Shown: positions 1-10,678 of the stretch, one piece after another
How positions within the stretch are numbered: position 1 is the stretch's first letter
Layout: each line of letters starts with the position of its first letter
IMG/VR virus record: IMGVR_UViG_3300036770_007495
Coordinates: 160,704-224,703 of that record
Reading direction: 5' to 3' (one strand)
Length of the DNA stretch: 64,000 nucleotides
Translations under genes and position numbers: made by a program
The notes under the pieces: generated by a model
What the model saw: only the letters and a program-made list of their open reading frames with translations
The model's database searches: none
Told to the model about the DNA's origin: nothing

Positions 1-737
1 CCTGATCCATATGGCACAATGCTGCCCACTGGAACCTGATTGCTGCTCAACACCATGTATTGAGTTTGATAAGTTCCAGGAGTTGCAAACACAAGATTGC
101 CAAAGCTGTCAGTTGTCAAGACAGATCCTGCAGCACCATCAAATGCGGGCATGTTGAATACTGCTGCACCACCAGCTGCACCAAACTGAATTGCTTGTGA
201 CAATTGCAAAAATGCATTGTTGCGAGGTGTAATTTGATCAAACTGTTGATTTGCAGTTGTTTGAAGCTCACGCGCACCAACAAATTCTAATCCTAATCCT
301 GCAAGTTCAGTGTCAAGTTGCGCTGCACTCACAGTCTTGACACTCATGACACCAGTTGTTGCATTCAACTGCAATGTCTCATCATCAACTCTGTTGGCAA
401 GAGGTCCAGAGAAAAGTGTCCAATTGCCAGCGGTGCTGTATGGCTTTGCTGCAAGGCGATAAATGCCACCAGCAATGCTGTCATATGCTACATCACCTGC
501 TTCTGCTTCTGCAGCCCATGTGCTTGGATGCCCTGTTCCAAAATAAAGAAACAAAGATGTTGGAAGTGCACCAGTTGTTACACCATCACCAACAAAAAGT
601 CTGCGAGTATCAACAGTGTAGCCCAGTTCTCCTTCAGAGAGTACAACATTTGTACGTTCAGTATTAGAGCCGCGACGAATAAGCAGCTTTAAAAGTGTAT
701 TTTCTGTGATTTCAATTCTACCAGCACTATTGCTCAT
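1..737 (-). CDS. Tail fibre-like protein with Mtd_N-like N-terminal domain, running off the window edge at the start of a tail-collar-like domain (partial; not in the ORF track)
   Basis: Manual translation: MSNSAGRIEITENTLLKLLIRRGSNTERTNVVLSEGELGYTVDTRRLFVGDG...VPVGSIVPYGSG. TAAATA lies 5 nt upstream of the ATG. Confidence 0.8.
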   Translation of the reverse strand, partial: MSNSAGRIEITENTLLKLLIRRGSNTERTNVVLSEGELGYTVDTRRLFVGDGVTTGALPTSLFLYFGTGHPSTWAAEAEAGDVAYDSIAGGIYRLAAKPYSTAGNWTLFSGPLANRVDDETLQLNATTGVMSVKTVSAAQLDTELAGLGLEFVGARELQTTANQQFDQITPRNNAFLQLSQAIQFGAAGGAAVFNMPAFDGAAGSVLTTDSFGNLVFATPGTYQTQYMVLSSNQVPVGSIVPYGS

Positions 738-745
738 GCTTATAT

Positions 746-1585
746 TTAGCTAAGAGCCATCAATTCGCTAGGAATATCAAACACAGGAATTGCTTTTTTA
801 CCATATGGTGCGCCCATGTCAACAACAATGAATCCTGCTGATGACAGAGTGTATGTTGCAGAACCTGTTCCAGTGGATGCAAGATACTGAGTTGTGCCTT
901 CTTTTGAACCCAACGGAAACTGGTTGTAGAACCCTCCAAATGCACCATATGAGCTCAAAGGCAAACGTGATGCATTGTAGAGTGATGACAATGCAATGGC
1001 ATTGCTCTTGATCTGAAGAGATTGTTCATCAATTGCTGCACACAAAGTCATTGAAGCTGTTGAGCCAATGCCCTGACCCAGCAAAGTTGAAACATTGATG
1101 TTTGCATTTGTGATTGTACCAACACGCAATTGATTGCTGCTAATGATGATGGTGGAATTATCCACTCTTGCACTCAATCCTTGTGTTGTTGCTGCAATTG
1201 CACCAGACAAGAATACAAGTGAAGAACTTGCAGTATTGATGGTGAGTTGATTGGATCCATTAAATTTGATGGAAGTACCATCAACTTGTGCACCAATATA
1301 CTTCCATGCTGATGTTTGCGTTGCATCAGTACCAGTCAATTGGTACAGCAAACTGTTTTCAACAACCAAGTCACCTTGATATGCTGCAAGAGATGTCTTG
1401 TTTGCAGCAATGGGTGTAAATGATTTAGACCCCACAACCAATCCGCCCATTGTTGCACCATCACCAACAAAAACTCTTTTGGAGTCAATGGTGTAACCCA
1501 ATTCACCTTGATCAAGAGTAATCAGCAGTCTTTGTGATTCAAGACCGCGGCGCAATTTGAGTTTAATGATTTTTATGTCAGGCAT
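746..1585 (-). CDS. Virion fibre/adaptor protein with Mtd_N-like domain
   Basis: KLKLRRG...LDQGELGYTIDSKRVFVGDG motif. Start moved to the ATG at 1585, 5 nt after the upstream stop. Confidence 0.75.
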   Translation of the reverse strand: MPDIKIIKLKLRRGLESQRLLITLDQGELGYTIDSKRVFVGDGATMGGLVVGSKSFTPIAANKTSLAAYQGDLVVENSLLYQLTGTDATQTSAWKYIGAQVDGTSIKFNGSNQLTINTASSSLVFLSGAIAATTQGLSARVDNSTIIISSNQLRVGTITNANINVSTLLGQGIGSTASMTLCAAIDEQSLQIKSNAIALSSLYNASRLPLSSYGAFGGFYNQFPLGSKEGTTQYLASTGTGSATYTLSSAGFIVVDMGAPYGKKAIPVFDIPSELMALS

Positions 1586-1590
1586 ATTGT

Positions 1591-3192
1591 TTAGGGAATA
1601 TAAAATTCTTTGACGTACTTCCACACACCAATGCCGCCATCACATTCACCGCTGTGTGCAGCTCTGAAGCTTGTAGAGATAGTAGCGGATTTGATGCGAA
1701 TAAAACCAGTTGCAACTGCAGGCTGCAATCCATACTTTGTCAAATAATCAGTGATGTATGAAGTTGTAGTTCCTGTGCCAGATCTATTCTTGTAACAGAA
1801 AGCAATGTTGCGCTTGTCAATGTTGGGTGCATTGTTTGCGTCTGTTGTCTTGATGTCTACAGCAGAAGAAGTTGTTACATTTGTGACACTTGCATAGAAA
1901 TTCTTGTAATACAATTGATTGTCAAGATAAATGATGAGAGTTGTTACTCTATCAATAACTTTTGGTCTGCTGCTTGTGCCTGTTGATCTTGTGAAAGAAG
2001 AATTGTAAACATTGTCGCTGATGTCTGTTACAGAATTGTTGACAGTGAATGTGTAAAAACCGTCTCTGCACTTGTCATATGCGCGTGTAACAATTTCTAC
2101 AGCAATGAGTTTATTCTGCGCCATGTATTCAGGTGTTATTGTGTAAGTTTGAACACCAGTATTAATTGAGCAGCTGCCTTTCTCACCCTTTTCAGCAAGA
2201 TAGTAGTAATCTTTGTATCTGAAATTTGTGTAGAACATTTGAGGTTCATCAATTGCATAAAAGAGCGTATTGCCAATTGTGAGAACATTCATGTTGGTGC
2301 TGTCACCATTTTGACTGTACACACTAACTGATGATACTCCTTGTGAAAGTACAATTGCCCATCCATTGTCACCTGTTGCAGGAGTTGCAGGATTTGCTGC
2401 AGGGTTCACATGAGATCCTTTGGATACCTGAGTCATGTACATGTTGTTGTTGTACTGCTCATTGAACCAAACGGTGTATCTTCCTGCACCGCTGCGAGAT
2501 ACACTTGCAACATTGTATGCAGAACGAATAGTGGTGCTAACGCCCAGTGTGCCGGGTGCTGCAGTAACATTTTGTGGCAGCGGAAATGTAAAGTTGTTTG
2601 TATCAGTTCTTGTAACTGGGTATGAACCATTAAGTGTTGCATCAGAAGCAGTGAGGCTAATGATTTGTCCTGTAGCAAGACCATGATTAGCTTTGGTGCA
2701 CTGTACAATGCCACCGCTTGAACCTGTATCAACTGTATATGAAATTCCTGTGATGGGCTTGCCATCAAAATTTACCCAGCATTGACGAATGGGGCTAAGA
2801 AAAATTTGCTCAACAAGTCCTTTGCTGTTGACGTTGATGGTATCAATTTGAGAATATGATCCTTCAGGATTTGGATCCAAGTCAGGCAATGCTTCCAAAA
2901 CAACTTGACCAAAATCTACATGTCCATTGCCATCTGTCACAAGTGGAAACCCTTCACCAGAAACAGAATCAGTGTTAGTGTATTCCAACTCACCAGCAGA
3001 AAGTTTGCCAGAAATTGTGACGCTGCCACTCACCTGAATGCCATTGCCAGATACACCCAAAGCAAGTGCAGAAGCTTGACCACTACCATCATACATGGTT
3101 TGCAATCCCTGTGTAGGAAGTGCTGCACCTTCAGCATGCAATACACCCTCGTAGGTAGATTCAACTGTTTGATCGAGTAAACTGGTAGGCAT
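1591..3192 (-). CDS. Putative virion structural/fibre protein
   Basis: 533-aa S/T/G-rich ORF with 'CWVNFDG...AYNVASVSRSGAGRYTVWF' fibre-type motif. TAAATA 7 nt upstream. Confidence 0.6.
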   Translation of the reverse strand: MPTSLLDQTVESTYEGVLHAEGAALPTQGLQTMYDGSGQASALALGVSGNGIQVSGSVTISGKLSAGELEYTNTDSVSGEGFPLVTDGNGHVDFGQVVLEALPDLDPNPEGSYSQIDTINVNSKGLVEQIFLSPIRQCWVNFDGKPITGISYTVDTGSSGGIVQCTKANHGLATGQIISLTASDATLNGSYPVTRTDTNNFTFPLPQNVTAAPGTLGVSTTIRSAYNVASVSRSGAGRYTVWFNEQYNNNMYMTQVSKGSHVNPAANPATPATGDNGWAIVLSQGVSSVSVYSQNGDSTNMNVLTIGNTLFYAIDEPQMFYTNFRYKDYYYLAEKGEKGSCSINTGVQTYTITPEYMAQNKLIAVEIVTRAYDKCRDGFYTFTVNNSVTDISDNVYNSSFTRSTGTSSRPKVIDRVTTLIIYLDNQLYYKNFYASVTNVTTSSAVDIKTTDANNAPNIDKRNIAFCYKNRSGTGTTTSYITDYLTKYGLQPAVATGFIRIKSATISTSFRAAHSGECDGGIGVWKYVKEFYIP

Positions 3193-3215
3193 TTGCTTTT
3201 ATTTATCGCAATCGG

Positions 3216-5099
3216 TTAGTTTAACAATACTGTTTTAGAGCCTGATACAGAAGGTACAAAATTATTGATGCGTGTTTTTGTAATTTGAAGCACATCATTT
3301 TGCAAATCCCATATTTGCTTCAAAACTCTGTTGAGTGTACCTGGACTTGATGCAATTTCATTGTCATGCACATAGAAGTTGTTGGCATTGTCAATGGTAA
3401 TGCTGTTGAATTCATCATTTGTCAAAGCAACAATGCCTTGATTTACAAGATTGCCGATGTAGTCATAACTTGCTGCATATCTACCAGCAAGATAATTCTT
3501 TATGTACATTGTATTGGAGATGATTTTGTGCAATTCTTTGTTGAGAACAAATGCTTGAATCATTTCTGAATCATTAACTCTCAAGTTGTTGATTGCATAA
3601 ATGGTGAAGTCAGTTGATCCGAGCACACTTGTGTAGAGTGTTGGTTCTGTGTAATGTAAAATTCTGTTGAATGACTCACTCAAATATCCTGCAAAAACAA
3701 AAATCTCATCAGCATCCAAGTTGCTAGGCAAGAGTGACATGCTGCTTACTGCAATGCCTTTTCTCACAATGGCTCTTCCATCATTCCAGCGCCATTTTGC
3801 GCGATTGTAACGAGAAAACTCATTGTTCCAAATGTGGTCATTTGTAAATCCGCTTTTGTAAAATAGCCATTTGCCAATGCTTACATCTGGTCTGTTGACA
3901 AACTTTTTGAACACGTTTACATTGGTAAACATGTACATGATGTTGCTGTCATTGTATGAAAACTGCAATCCCTTGAAATATTCACCATCAATCAATTCAT
4001 CCTGCAAAATGTATTCTTGCTCAATGTTGAGATCCACATCACAAATTTGCAGAGTATTTGTTTTGGTTGTTAAATTGCTCACAATTACATAGACCTTGTC
4101 AAAAACATCATTGTATTGAAAAGCACGTGCAACTGTTGATGTGCCAATGGTGAATGCTCTGGTTGTTATGTATGATAGATTAGAATCATACACTTTGATG
4201 CATCTGTTGCCCTTGTCATGCACATACACACGATCAATGGAATCATTTGCATAAATTAAATCAGGGCCATTGAATTTTGTCTTGGCAAGAGCATTACCCT
4301 CACCACCAATTGATGCAACTAAAAATCTCTTGTTGGTAAGAGGTACATCATTGTTGTAAAAGCCACCAACATCATATTTGTAGACATTGTTTTGCTTAAC
4401 ATCACAAACATACATGAAATTGTTAGTGATGCTGAAGCTGCTGAGTTGCAAAAATGTTAAATCGCTGTTGGTATCAACATTTGCATTGTCATGAGTCACT
4501 TGCAATGATGTTAAATCAGGATTGCTACTCAACGCAATGATGGATGTAGGCGAAATGCCCAAGAAAGCATAGCCTACTTCATCTTGAATTTTTACAGCTT
4601 GCAGCTGAATTGCATTACCAATTGCACCAAGACCAACACCAGAAAAAGGTGTAAAAGTTGTAGCATCAGTTGGATCCTGTGCAATCCATGCTGGCAATGC
4701 ACTTAAACAACCTGCTGCACGATCAAAATTGTGTGGAATATCATTGCTTGCAATGAAGCATTTGGAATACAGATACAAAGAGTTGTTGTAGAGCTTATAC
4801 AGTCGGTCATTCAAAACTCTACCATTGAATGTCTCATTTGCTGCAATTTGTACATCAACATTGAAGTCATATGGCAGAGACAATTCATCTTTCAGAATTC
4901 TATCTCTAAAAAACTTTGAAGTCACCACATCTGCTGCATACGTATTTTTATCTGCAAGTTCTGCTGCATTATCAGCAATGTCTCTAGAAGCATAGATGTT
5001 TCCATCAACTACATGGTAGTATCCAACGTAGTCATTTCCGGTCAATGCAAAGTCTTTGCCGTTGGTGTATCCAACTTTGATGGAGGAGTAATCAATCAC
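3216..5099 (-). CDS. Virion protein with NHL-repeat-like beta-propeller
   Basis: KFNGPDLIYANDSIDRVYVHDKGNRCIKVYD resembles an NHL repeat. GTG start 5 nt after TAAATA. Confidence 0.6.
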   Translation of the reverse strand: MIDYSSIKVGYTNGKDFALTGNDYVGYYHVVDGNIYASRDIADNAAELADKNTYAADVVTSKFFRDRILKDELSLPYDFNVDVQIAANETFNGRVLNDRLYKLYNNSLYLYSKCFIASNDIPHNFDRAAGCLSALPAWIAQDPTDATTFTPFSGVGLGAIGNAIQLQAVKIQDEVGYAFLGISPTSIIALSSNPDLTSLQVTHDNANVDTNSDLTFLQLSSFSITNNFMYVCDVKQNNVYKYDVGGFYNNDVPLTNKRFLVASIGGEGNALAKTKFNGPDLIYANDSIDRVYVHDKGNRCIKVYDSNLSYITTRAFTIGTSTVARAFQYNDVFDKVYVIVSNLTTKTNTLQICDVDLNIEQEYILQDELIDGEYFKGLQFSYNDSNIMYMFTNVNVFKKFVNRPDVSIGKWLFYKSGFTNDHIWNNEFSRYNRAKWRWNDGRAIVRKGIAVSSMSLLPSNLDADEIFVFAGYLSESFNRILHYTEPTLYTSVLGSTDFTIYAINNLRVNDSEMIQAFVLNKELHKIISNTMYIKNYLAGRYAASYDYIGNLVNQGIVALTNDEFNSITIDNANNFYVHDNEIASSPGTLNRVLKQIWDLQNDVLQITKTRINNFVPSVSGSKTVLLN

Positions 5100-5107
5100 A
5101 TGAATAT

Positions 5108-8100
5108 TTACTCATAGTCAACAAATTCAACACCCAAGATGTTGATTGTTGCTGGCAGAGATTGTGAAACTTGGCTCAAGACTTGTTGTTTGAGTGATGT
5201 CTTGAGTGATTCATTTGCAATGCCAGAGTTTTTGATGATGATGGATACATTGTTGCTCTTCATGCCTGGTGCTCCAAATGCAAACATGCGCTTGATGACA
5301 TCAATGTTGTTGCGCATGCCACAAGGCAAATGGAATGTTAAGTCAGATACATTGTAATCCTGCATTGTGATGAATCTTACATCATTTTCTGAAAGAGCTT
5401 TAGCATAAATTTTCGGATACAGCAGTGTTGCATTGCTTGCAAAGTATGCTTGCGGCTGTTTCAAGAATTGAGCAAGTGTTGCACCATTGACAAATTGTGT
5501 AGTTCCAAATGCAATTGCATTTGAAATCAATGGCTGCTGCACAGCATATTTTGCTGCACCAAAATTAACTACATCTGCTGTCTTGCCATCAATGAATATG
5601 GTTGCATTGCCCTGAATGCCATCAAGTCTCAAAGCAAAATGCTTGGTTCCTGGCAAGATGTTGTCAAGATCCACAGTTGTTGTGACTGTTTTGATGTCTC
5701 TATTGTTGTATTTGTTAGCAAGCTTCACCACAAAATCAAGCTTGTTGCCGCGATTCTTGTATTTTTGCTGCAAATATTGTGAATTTGTGAGATTGAGCGT
5801 TGCATTTTCAGAGTAAAGCACATCAGTTGCAACAGATGCAATGATGTTGCCTTGTGTATCCAGCTTTGCAAGATGTATTTTGTTGTTTGCATCTTTGGAT
5901 GCAACAATGGTTGTATGAACCAATGCACTGCCAATGTATTCATAGCAGTTGGTGATTGCAAAATTGATGGTGCTCAATGCATTGAGTGTACTGACATTGT
6001 ATTGCAACACACGCTCACTATTGTATTTTACAACCTTGAAGTCGCCATTGAGGATGTAAATGTTTTGATCCTTATCAACATCAAAATCTCTGATGTAGTT
6101 GATAACTTGAGCAGAGGAAAGTGACTTGAATGCTACATATTGCTCATTGGTTGCATAGTTGTAATTGACAATTTGATTGTTGTTATACAGATACAAGGCA
6201 GCATTGGTGCCATAAGGTATTGCTTTTGTGCCTAGAGTACCTACAATGCCACGATCACCATACAAAATACTCTTGGATGCAGGTGCTACTTCAAATGTTG
6301 ACAGAGTCTCTGTAGCAAAATTGAAGCGAGATACAGTCGTCTCATCAGCATGAAGAATATACACATCATCATTGTTTTGAACAACATCAATCCAGTTGAA
6401 AGTTGATGGAGCATTTGACAAAAGGCCAATGTCGTTGAGTGTTCGTACAATTAAATCAGCATAAAAGCTTGGTGTACTTGCTGCCAACACATTGTAAGAA
6501 TAGCTGATGTTGTTAAAATCAGACAATCCATTGGCGCCTGCATATGCACCATATCCATTTTGCACAGCTTCTAAAAATTGTCTAAAGCCTGTGTAAAGAT
6601 TTGGACCAGTATTGACTTGAAATACAACTGCACTATAAGCATATGGTGAAGTTGTTAGCAAATCACGCGCAGTAACAATATCATTGTTGTAAGTTGCAGT
6701 AGAAGCATTGATGTTGAATGTTGTGGAATCAGCACCATAAGGAGATGATTCATCTTGAAACACCAAATTAACAACTCTGGTTATTGTTGATGTTGTTCTT
6801 GGTGCAGAGACAACAATCATTGTGCGTTCTGTAGCACCATATTCACTAAAGAGCCTCACATTGACACGTTCATCATACAATGCTTCATCATTATTGAAGT
6901 AAGGAAGCAGTGTTTGCTTGAGAATTGTATCACGCATTTGAATCAAAGGCTCAAGAGTTGAGTTCATGGACCCTGAATCATCAAACCAAATGTTGAGCTC
7001 TGTGTTTACATCAATGAGACCTGCATCAGCAAGATTGTATTTGTCATACAGAGTGCCATCAGCATGCATTTTGTACAATGCATAGTTGGAGATGGCACCA
7101 AAGTCATCAATGGCATCAAAGCGTGGCACAAAAAGAGTTGGTTCAGGCAACAAAGTCTGTGTGATGCGATTGAAATCACTGTTGTAAATGTTGAGAGCAG
7201 ATGTGCTCTGCAACATGATGAGTGGTGTTACAACAGGATCTTTGATGAGAGCAAATCCAGTATCAGTCAAATTGCCAAGAACTTGATAAGCATTGAGATT
7301 TTTCCAATCATCACACTTGAGCCAGAAGGAAATGGTGAATGCATAATTTGCATTAATTGCATCATAGTTCTGAACTACATCATATGAATTGCCATTGAGT
7401 TCATATGCTTTGTTTGCAATGTAGGCATCTGAATACAGTTGATTGTTGCTTGTCTTCCACTGCAAACTATCAATGATGAGTGCATTGTCATGAGTTGCAA
7501 GATGTTCATTGATGCGTTTGTTGCCAATTCTGTAGTAGAAGTATTCTTGATTGGGTTCAAAAACTACATCACTCTTCTTATCAAAGAAATCATATGCAAA
7601 TGATTGCTGTTGCAAGTATGCAGATACAAAATCCTCATATGTTCCATATGTTACATTAACAGCTTTAGCTGCATCCAATGGTGACATCTTGTTGGAATTG
7701 TAGTATCTATCCACCCATTCAGCAGATGAATTATTTGGACCAGCAGATAGCCAGGTGCAAAGATATTGACCATCTTCACCTTGTGCAGCATTCTTGAGAG
7801 CAAGGATTTGATCAGCTGTGTAAGGTGAATCACCAGCATAAGCACCATCTGTTCTCAATGAAGCATCATTTACATTGAGTTGCTCATACGGATACAGAGA
7901 TGCAGATGTTTTGAATGATGAATATGCATCAGACTTAGCAACAAAGTCATTGGAAAACATTGTGAAGTTGATGGTGATGTTTTCATCACCCTTTTCTTGA
8001 CTGTTGCCTGCAAAAATGTTGGTGTAATCTCTGTTGATGGGACCAGCATTGTTGTTTCTTTGGTTGGTGTAACTTGCTTTGTCAAGAGTACCAAGTTGAG

Positions 8101-9037
8101 TTGACTGATTCTTGAGAACAATGGGTCTTGCTGGCACTTGCAGTGGAGTTGCATCTGCATATTGAGTAGCAACAAGCAAATTGCTTGGCAAATCATTGAG
8201 CAAAGTTGCATCATTGATGTTTAGCTTGTTGACATCATCAGTTGTGTATGAAGCCCATGAAGCATTCAATTTGCTACCCACTTGCAGTTCATTGGACCTC
8301 ACCAAAAAGTTAAAATTGTTGAACAGCAAGTAGTTGCTTGCATTGTATGCACTCAGCAATTGCAATTTGTTGCTATCAAAACCAGATACACCCAAAAATT
8401 TGGTGCGATTGCCTGAGAGAGGCTTTCTTAAGAACAAAGACTCACCAGATGAATCAAAAATGTATTCAAAAATTGTTTCGTCAATGTAATTGAAGTTGAG
8501 ATCATCGTAATCTGTGTATCCAGTAGCAAAAACTACATCTTCATTGCTGTTGATGGCAAGATAAAACTTCTCATGCTTGTATTTGTAGCAAATGCGTGCA
8601 TACTTCTCATCAAGCATTTCAAAATTGAAGAATGACTGATCAGGCACAGGCATGGAATCAAGTGCAAGCAATCTATGTGAAGTTGCTGCATTGAAATCAA
8701 ATGTGAATGTCTCTCTTTGACCATCAAAATACAAATACTTGGTAGCAGCATTTTGAGTAGCATCAATTGATAGACCCAGCTGTGTGGTTATGATTGAGCC
8801 CGGTTTCTTTTGCAGAGGTCTTAACTCAAAAACATCATCAAGACTCAATTCATTGGACAGCACCAGCGCGCTGTAATTGTTCATGGCAACATCTCTTGCG
8901 CTCAACATGAAATTGTGCAAGAAAATGTTGATGCCTTGCTGATTGTTGCTTGTGTTGCCTTTGAATTTAAAATCAACATCATCATGATAAGTGCAGCTTG
9001 CACTAGTCATGTGTGTCGAATAATTGAATACCTGCAT
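5108..9037 (-). CDS. Large virion protein (1309 aa): split LamG-like domain, beta-propeller-like region and VWA-like insert
   Basis: FTISFWLK ... KHFALRLDG...IFIDGK...PKIYAKALS (LamG-like); NIWFDDSGSM (MIDAS-like). TAAATA 5 nt upstream. Confidence 0.6.
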   Translation of the reverse strand: MQVFNYSTHMTSASCTYHDDVDFKFKGNTSNNQQGINIFLHNFMLSARDVAMNNYSALVLSNELSLDDVFELRPLQKKPGSIITTQLGLSIDATQNAATKYLYFDGQRETFTFDFNAATSHRLLALDSMPVPDQSFFNFEMLDEKYARICYKYKHEKFYLAINSNEDVVFATGYTDYDDLNFNYIDETIFEYIFDSSGESLFLRKPLSGNRTKFLGVSGFDSNKLQLLSAYNASNYLLFNNFNFLVRSNELQVGSKLNASWASYTTDDVNKLNINDATLLNDLPSNLLVATQYADATPLQVPARPIVLKNQSTQLGTLDKASYTNQRNNNAGPINRDYTNIFAGNSQEKGDENITINFTMFSNDFVAKSDAYSSFKTSASLYPYEQLNVNDASLRTDGAYAGDSPYTADQILALKNAAQGEDGQYLCTWLSAGPNNSSAEWVDRYYNSNKMSPLDAAKAVNVTYGTYEDFVSAYLQQQSFAYDFFDKKSDVVFEPNQEYFYYRIGNKRINEHLATHDNALIIDSLQWKTSNNQLYSDAYIANKAYELNGNSYDVVQNYDAINANYAFTISFWLKCDDWKNLNAYQVLGNLTDTGFALIKDPVVTPLIMLQSTSALNIYNSDFNRITQTLLPEPTLFVPRFDAIDDFGAISNYALYKMHADGTLYDKYNLADAGLIDVNTELNIWFDDSGSMNSTLEPLIQMRDTILKQTLLPYFNNDEALYDERVNVRLFSEYGATERTMIVVSAPRTTSTITRVVNLVFQDESSPYGADSTTFNINASTATYNNDIVTARDLLTTSPYAYSAVVFQVNTGPNLYTGFRQFLEAVQNGYGAYAGANGLSDFNNISYSYNVLAASTPSFYADLIVRTLNDIGLLSNAPSTFNWIDVVQNNDDVYILHADETTVSRFNFATETLSTFEVAPASKSILYGDRGIVGTLGTKAIPYGTNAALYLYNNNQIVNYNYATNEQYVAFKSLSSAQVINYIRDFDVDKDQNIYILNGDFKVVKYNSERVLQYNVSTLNALSTINFAITNCYEYIGSALVHTTIVASKDANNKIHLAKLDTQGNIIASVATDVLYSENATLNLTNSQYLQQKYKNRGNKLDFVVKLANKYNNRDIKTVTTTVDLDNILPGTKHFALRLDGIQGNATIFIDGKTADVVNFGAAKYAVQQPLISNAIAFGTTQFVNGATLAQFLKQPQAYFASNATLLYPKIYAKALSENDVRFITMQDYNVSDLTFHLPCGMRNNIDVIKRMFAFGAPGMKSNNVSIIIKNSGIANESLKTSLKQQVLSQVSQSLPATINILGVEFVDYE

Positions 9038-9058
9038 ATGAGTATTTAACTCATTGCA

Positions 9059-10015
9059 TTAGTATTTGATGCAAGGAAGTAATGCAATGTTGCGTGGTCT
9101 GGTTTCTATACCCTGCAACTGAACATTGCTATTTTCAACTCTTGCTAGAGTATTTGATGGCGGGCTATTTACAAAAGAATCTGTAAATGCATTTGGAGAA
9201 GACTTAACAAATCCTGCTGCAAGAGCAGACTCAGATGTAAGATATCTAGCAGAAAATTCTGAACCTACATCTACTACGCGTGTCAGGAGATTGTGCTCAC
9301 CAACTTGATGAGATTGATTGCTGCCAAAGGTTCTGCCTACATCAACATCAGCACGCTGATCACCGCCTGCTCGACTCCAGCCGCGAATAAATTCACCACG
9401 CAAATCTGGTAGTTCACCGCCACTGCCATATGTAGCACCAAGAATAGCGTAAAGATTAGAGAAATCAGCAGCAATTCCTTGTGCTATACCATTGCCATTC
9501 GGCACTTGACCACCACTGCAGATGAGATATCCAGTTGGCGCAGTTTGACCAGCAAACCAAAATACTGCGCCTGTTGGAACAGCAAATGCACCAGCACCAA
9601 CTGCTGCATCAACATATTGCTTGGTAACTGCATCCAGCAATTGAGTAGGATTTCCTGTGAGCGTCAAGTGTCCAGTCATGGTACCACCCGACAAAGCCAA
9701 AAATCCGGATTTTACATTGGCTAGAACTTGCGCGTCTTGTGTATCAACGTAGCCTTTGTTTGCTGCATCAAGAGTTTTAAATGGGCTGCCAGTAAGAGCC
9801 AAATAACCAGTCATTGCATCACCTGTTTTGCTCACTTTGTTGGTATAGATATCAGGTAGAATGATGCTGCTGATGGATTTGTAAAGTGTTGCAAAGCTTA
9901 CTTTTTTGGTGTATCCATCACCACCAATTTGATCAACAACAAAAACATCGCCATTGTAAAGCAATGAAGCTGGTGGGAGTTGAGAAATGTTGACTTGTTG
10001 TGCTTGCTGGGCCAT
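9059..10015 (-). CDS. Tail fibre protein with phage tail collar domain
   Basis: VPTGAVFWFAGQTAPTGYLICSG...LYAILGATYG...LPDLRGEFIRGW, plus DAANKGYVD/DAVTKQYVD repeats. Confidence 0.85.
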   Translation of the reverse strand: MAQQAQQVNISQLPPASLLYNGDVFVVDQIGGDGYTKKVSFATLYKSISSIILPDIYTNKVSKTGDAMTGYLALTGSPFKTLDAANKGYVDTQDAQVLANVKSGFLALSGGTMTGHLTLTGNPTQLLDAVTKQYVDAAVGAGAFAVPTGAVFWFAGQTAPTGYLICSGGQVPNGNGIAQGIAADFSNLYAILGATYGSGGELPDLRGEFIRGWSRAGGDQRADVDVGRTFGSNQSHQVGEHNLLTRVVDVGSEFSARYLTSESALAAGFVKSSPNAFTDSFVNSPPSNTLARVENSNVQLQGIETRPRNIALLPCIKY

Positions 10016-10030
10016 ATGTGTATTTATGCG

Positions 10031-10678
10031 TCAAGAGGTGAGACGTGGAACGATGGAATACTGGAAAAAGCGTGTGGTGAGAGGCAACCCACTGCGAGTA
10101 GCAAGTTCTGCACCCACAACCTTGAGATTATCATCTTCTGCAACAATGGGCAGCTCGTTTTTGCTCAAATACAAATTGAAAGCATTGCCTTGAGCATCAC
10201 TTGCAACAGCAAAAACATCATGTGATGTAACAGGCATCAACTGTGTTGACATGATGTTGATCTCTTTTACAGTGTTGTAATAAGAATCTTTTGCCAACTC
10301 AAACAACACCTTGTGAGTGCCTGTGTAGCTGGATGCATACTGCAAAACAAACAAAGCAGTTAATGTTGTGACAAATGAGGATGTCTGTTTGACATAAGTA
10401 TGATTTATGTTTTGAGTGATGCTCATTATTTTGCCTGATTCAGCAATTTCAATGGCACCTGCAGATGCAATGGTGTTGTGCAAATCCAATGCATCTTCAT
10501 ATGTTGTTCCATCACCAAAATCCGCTACAATGTGCAGCACAGGATCTGTCTCTTCTTGAATTTGATACAAGTTGAAGTTGATGGGTGCAATGCCCTTGAT
10601 GAAATAAGGTCCATACACACTCACATAATCAGCAACAGGCTGTGTAGCAGATAGGTTGATGTTTAAAGTTGCATTCAT
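10031..10678 (-). CDS. PKD/Ig-like virion protein
   Basis: HIVADFGDGTT...INHTY PKD-like motif. TAATG overlap with the upstream gene. Confidence 0.55.
   Translation of the reverse strand: MNATLNINLSATQPVADYVSVYGPYFIKGIAPINFNLYQIQEETDPVLHIVADFGDGTTYEDALDLHNTIASAGAIEIAESGKIMSITQNINHTYVKQTSSFVTTLTALFVLQYASSYTGTHKVLFELAKDSYYNTVKEINIMSTQLMPVTSHDVFAVASDAQGNAFNLYLSKNELPIVAEDDNLKVVGAELATRSGLPLTTRFFQYSIVPRLTS

Noticed and set aside
1-1585. Diversity-generating retroelement suggested by Mtd_N-like domains
   Set aside because: No reverse transcriptase and no template/variable repeat pair differing only at adenines was seen. The fibre duplications differ at all base types.
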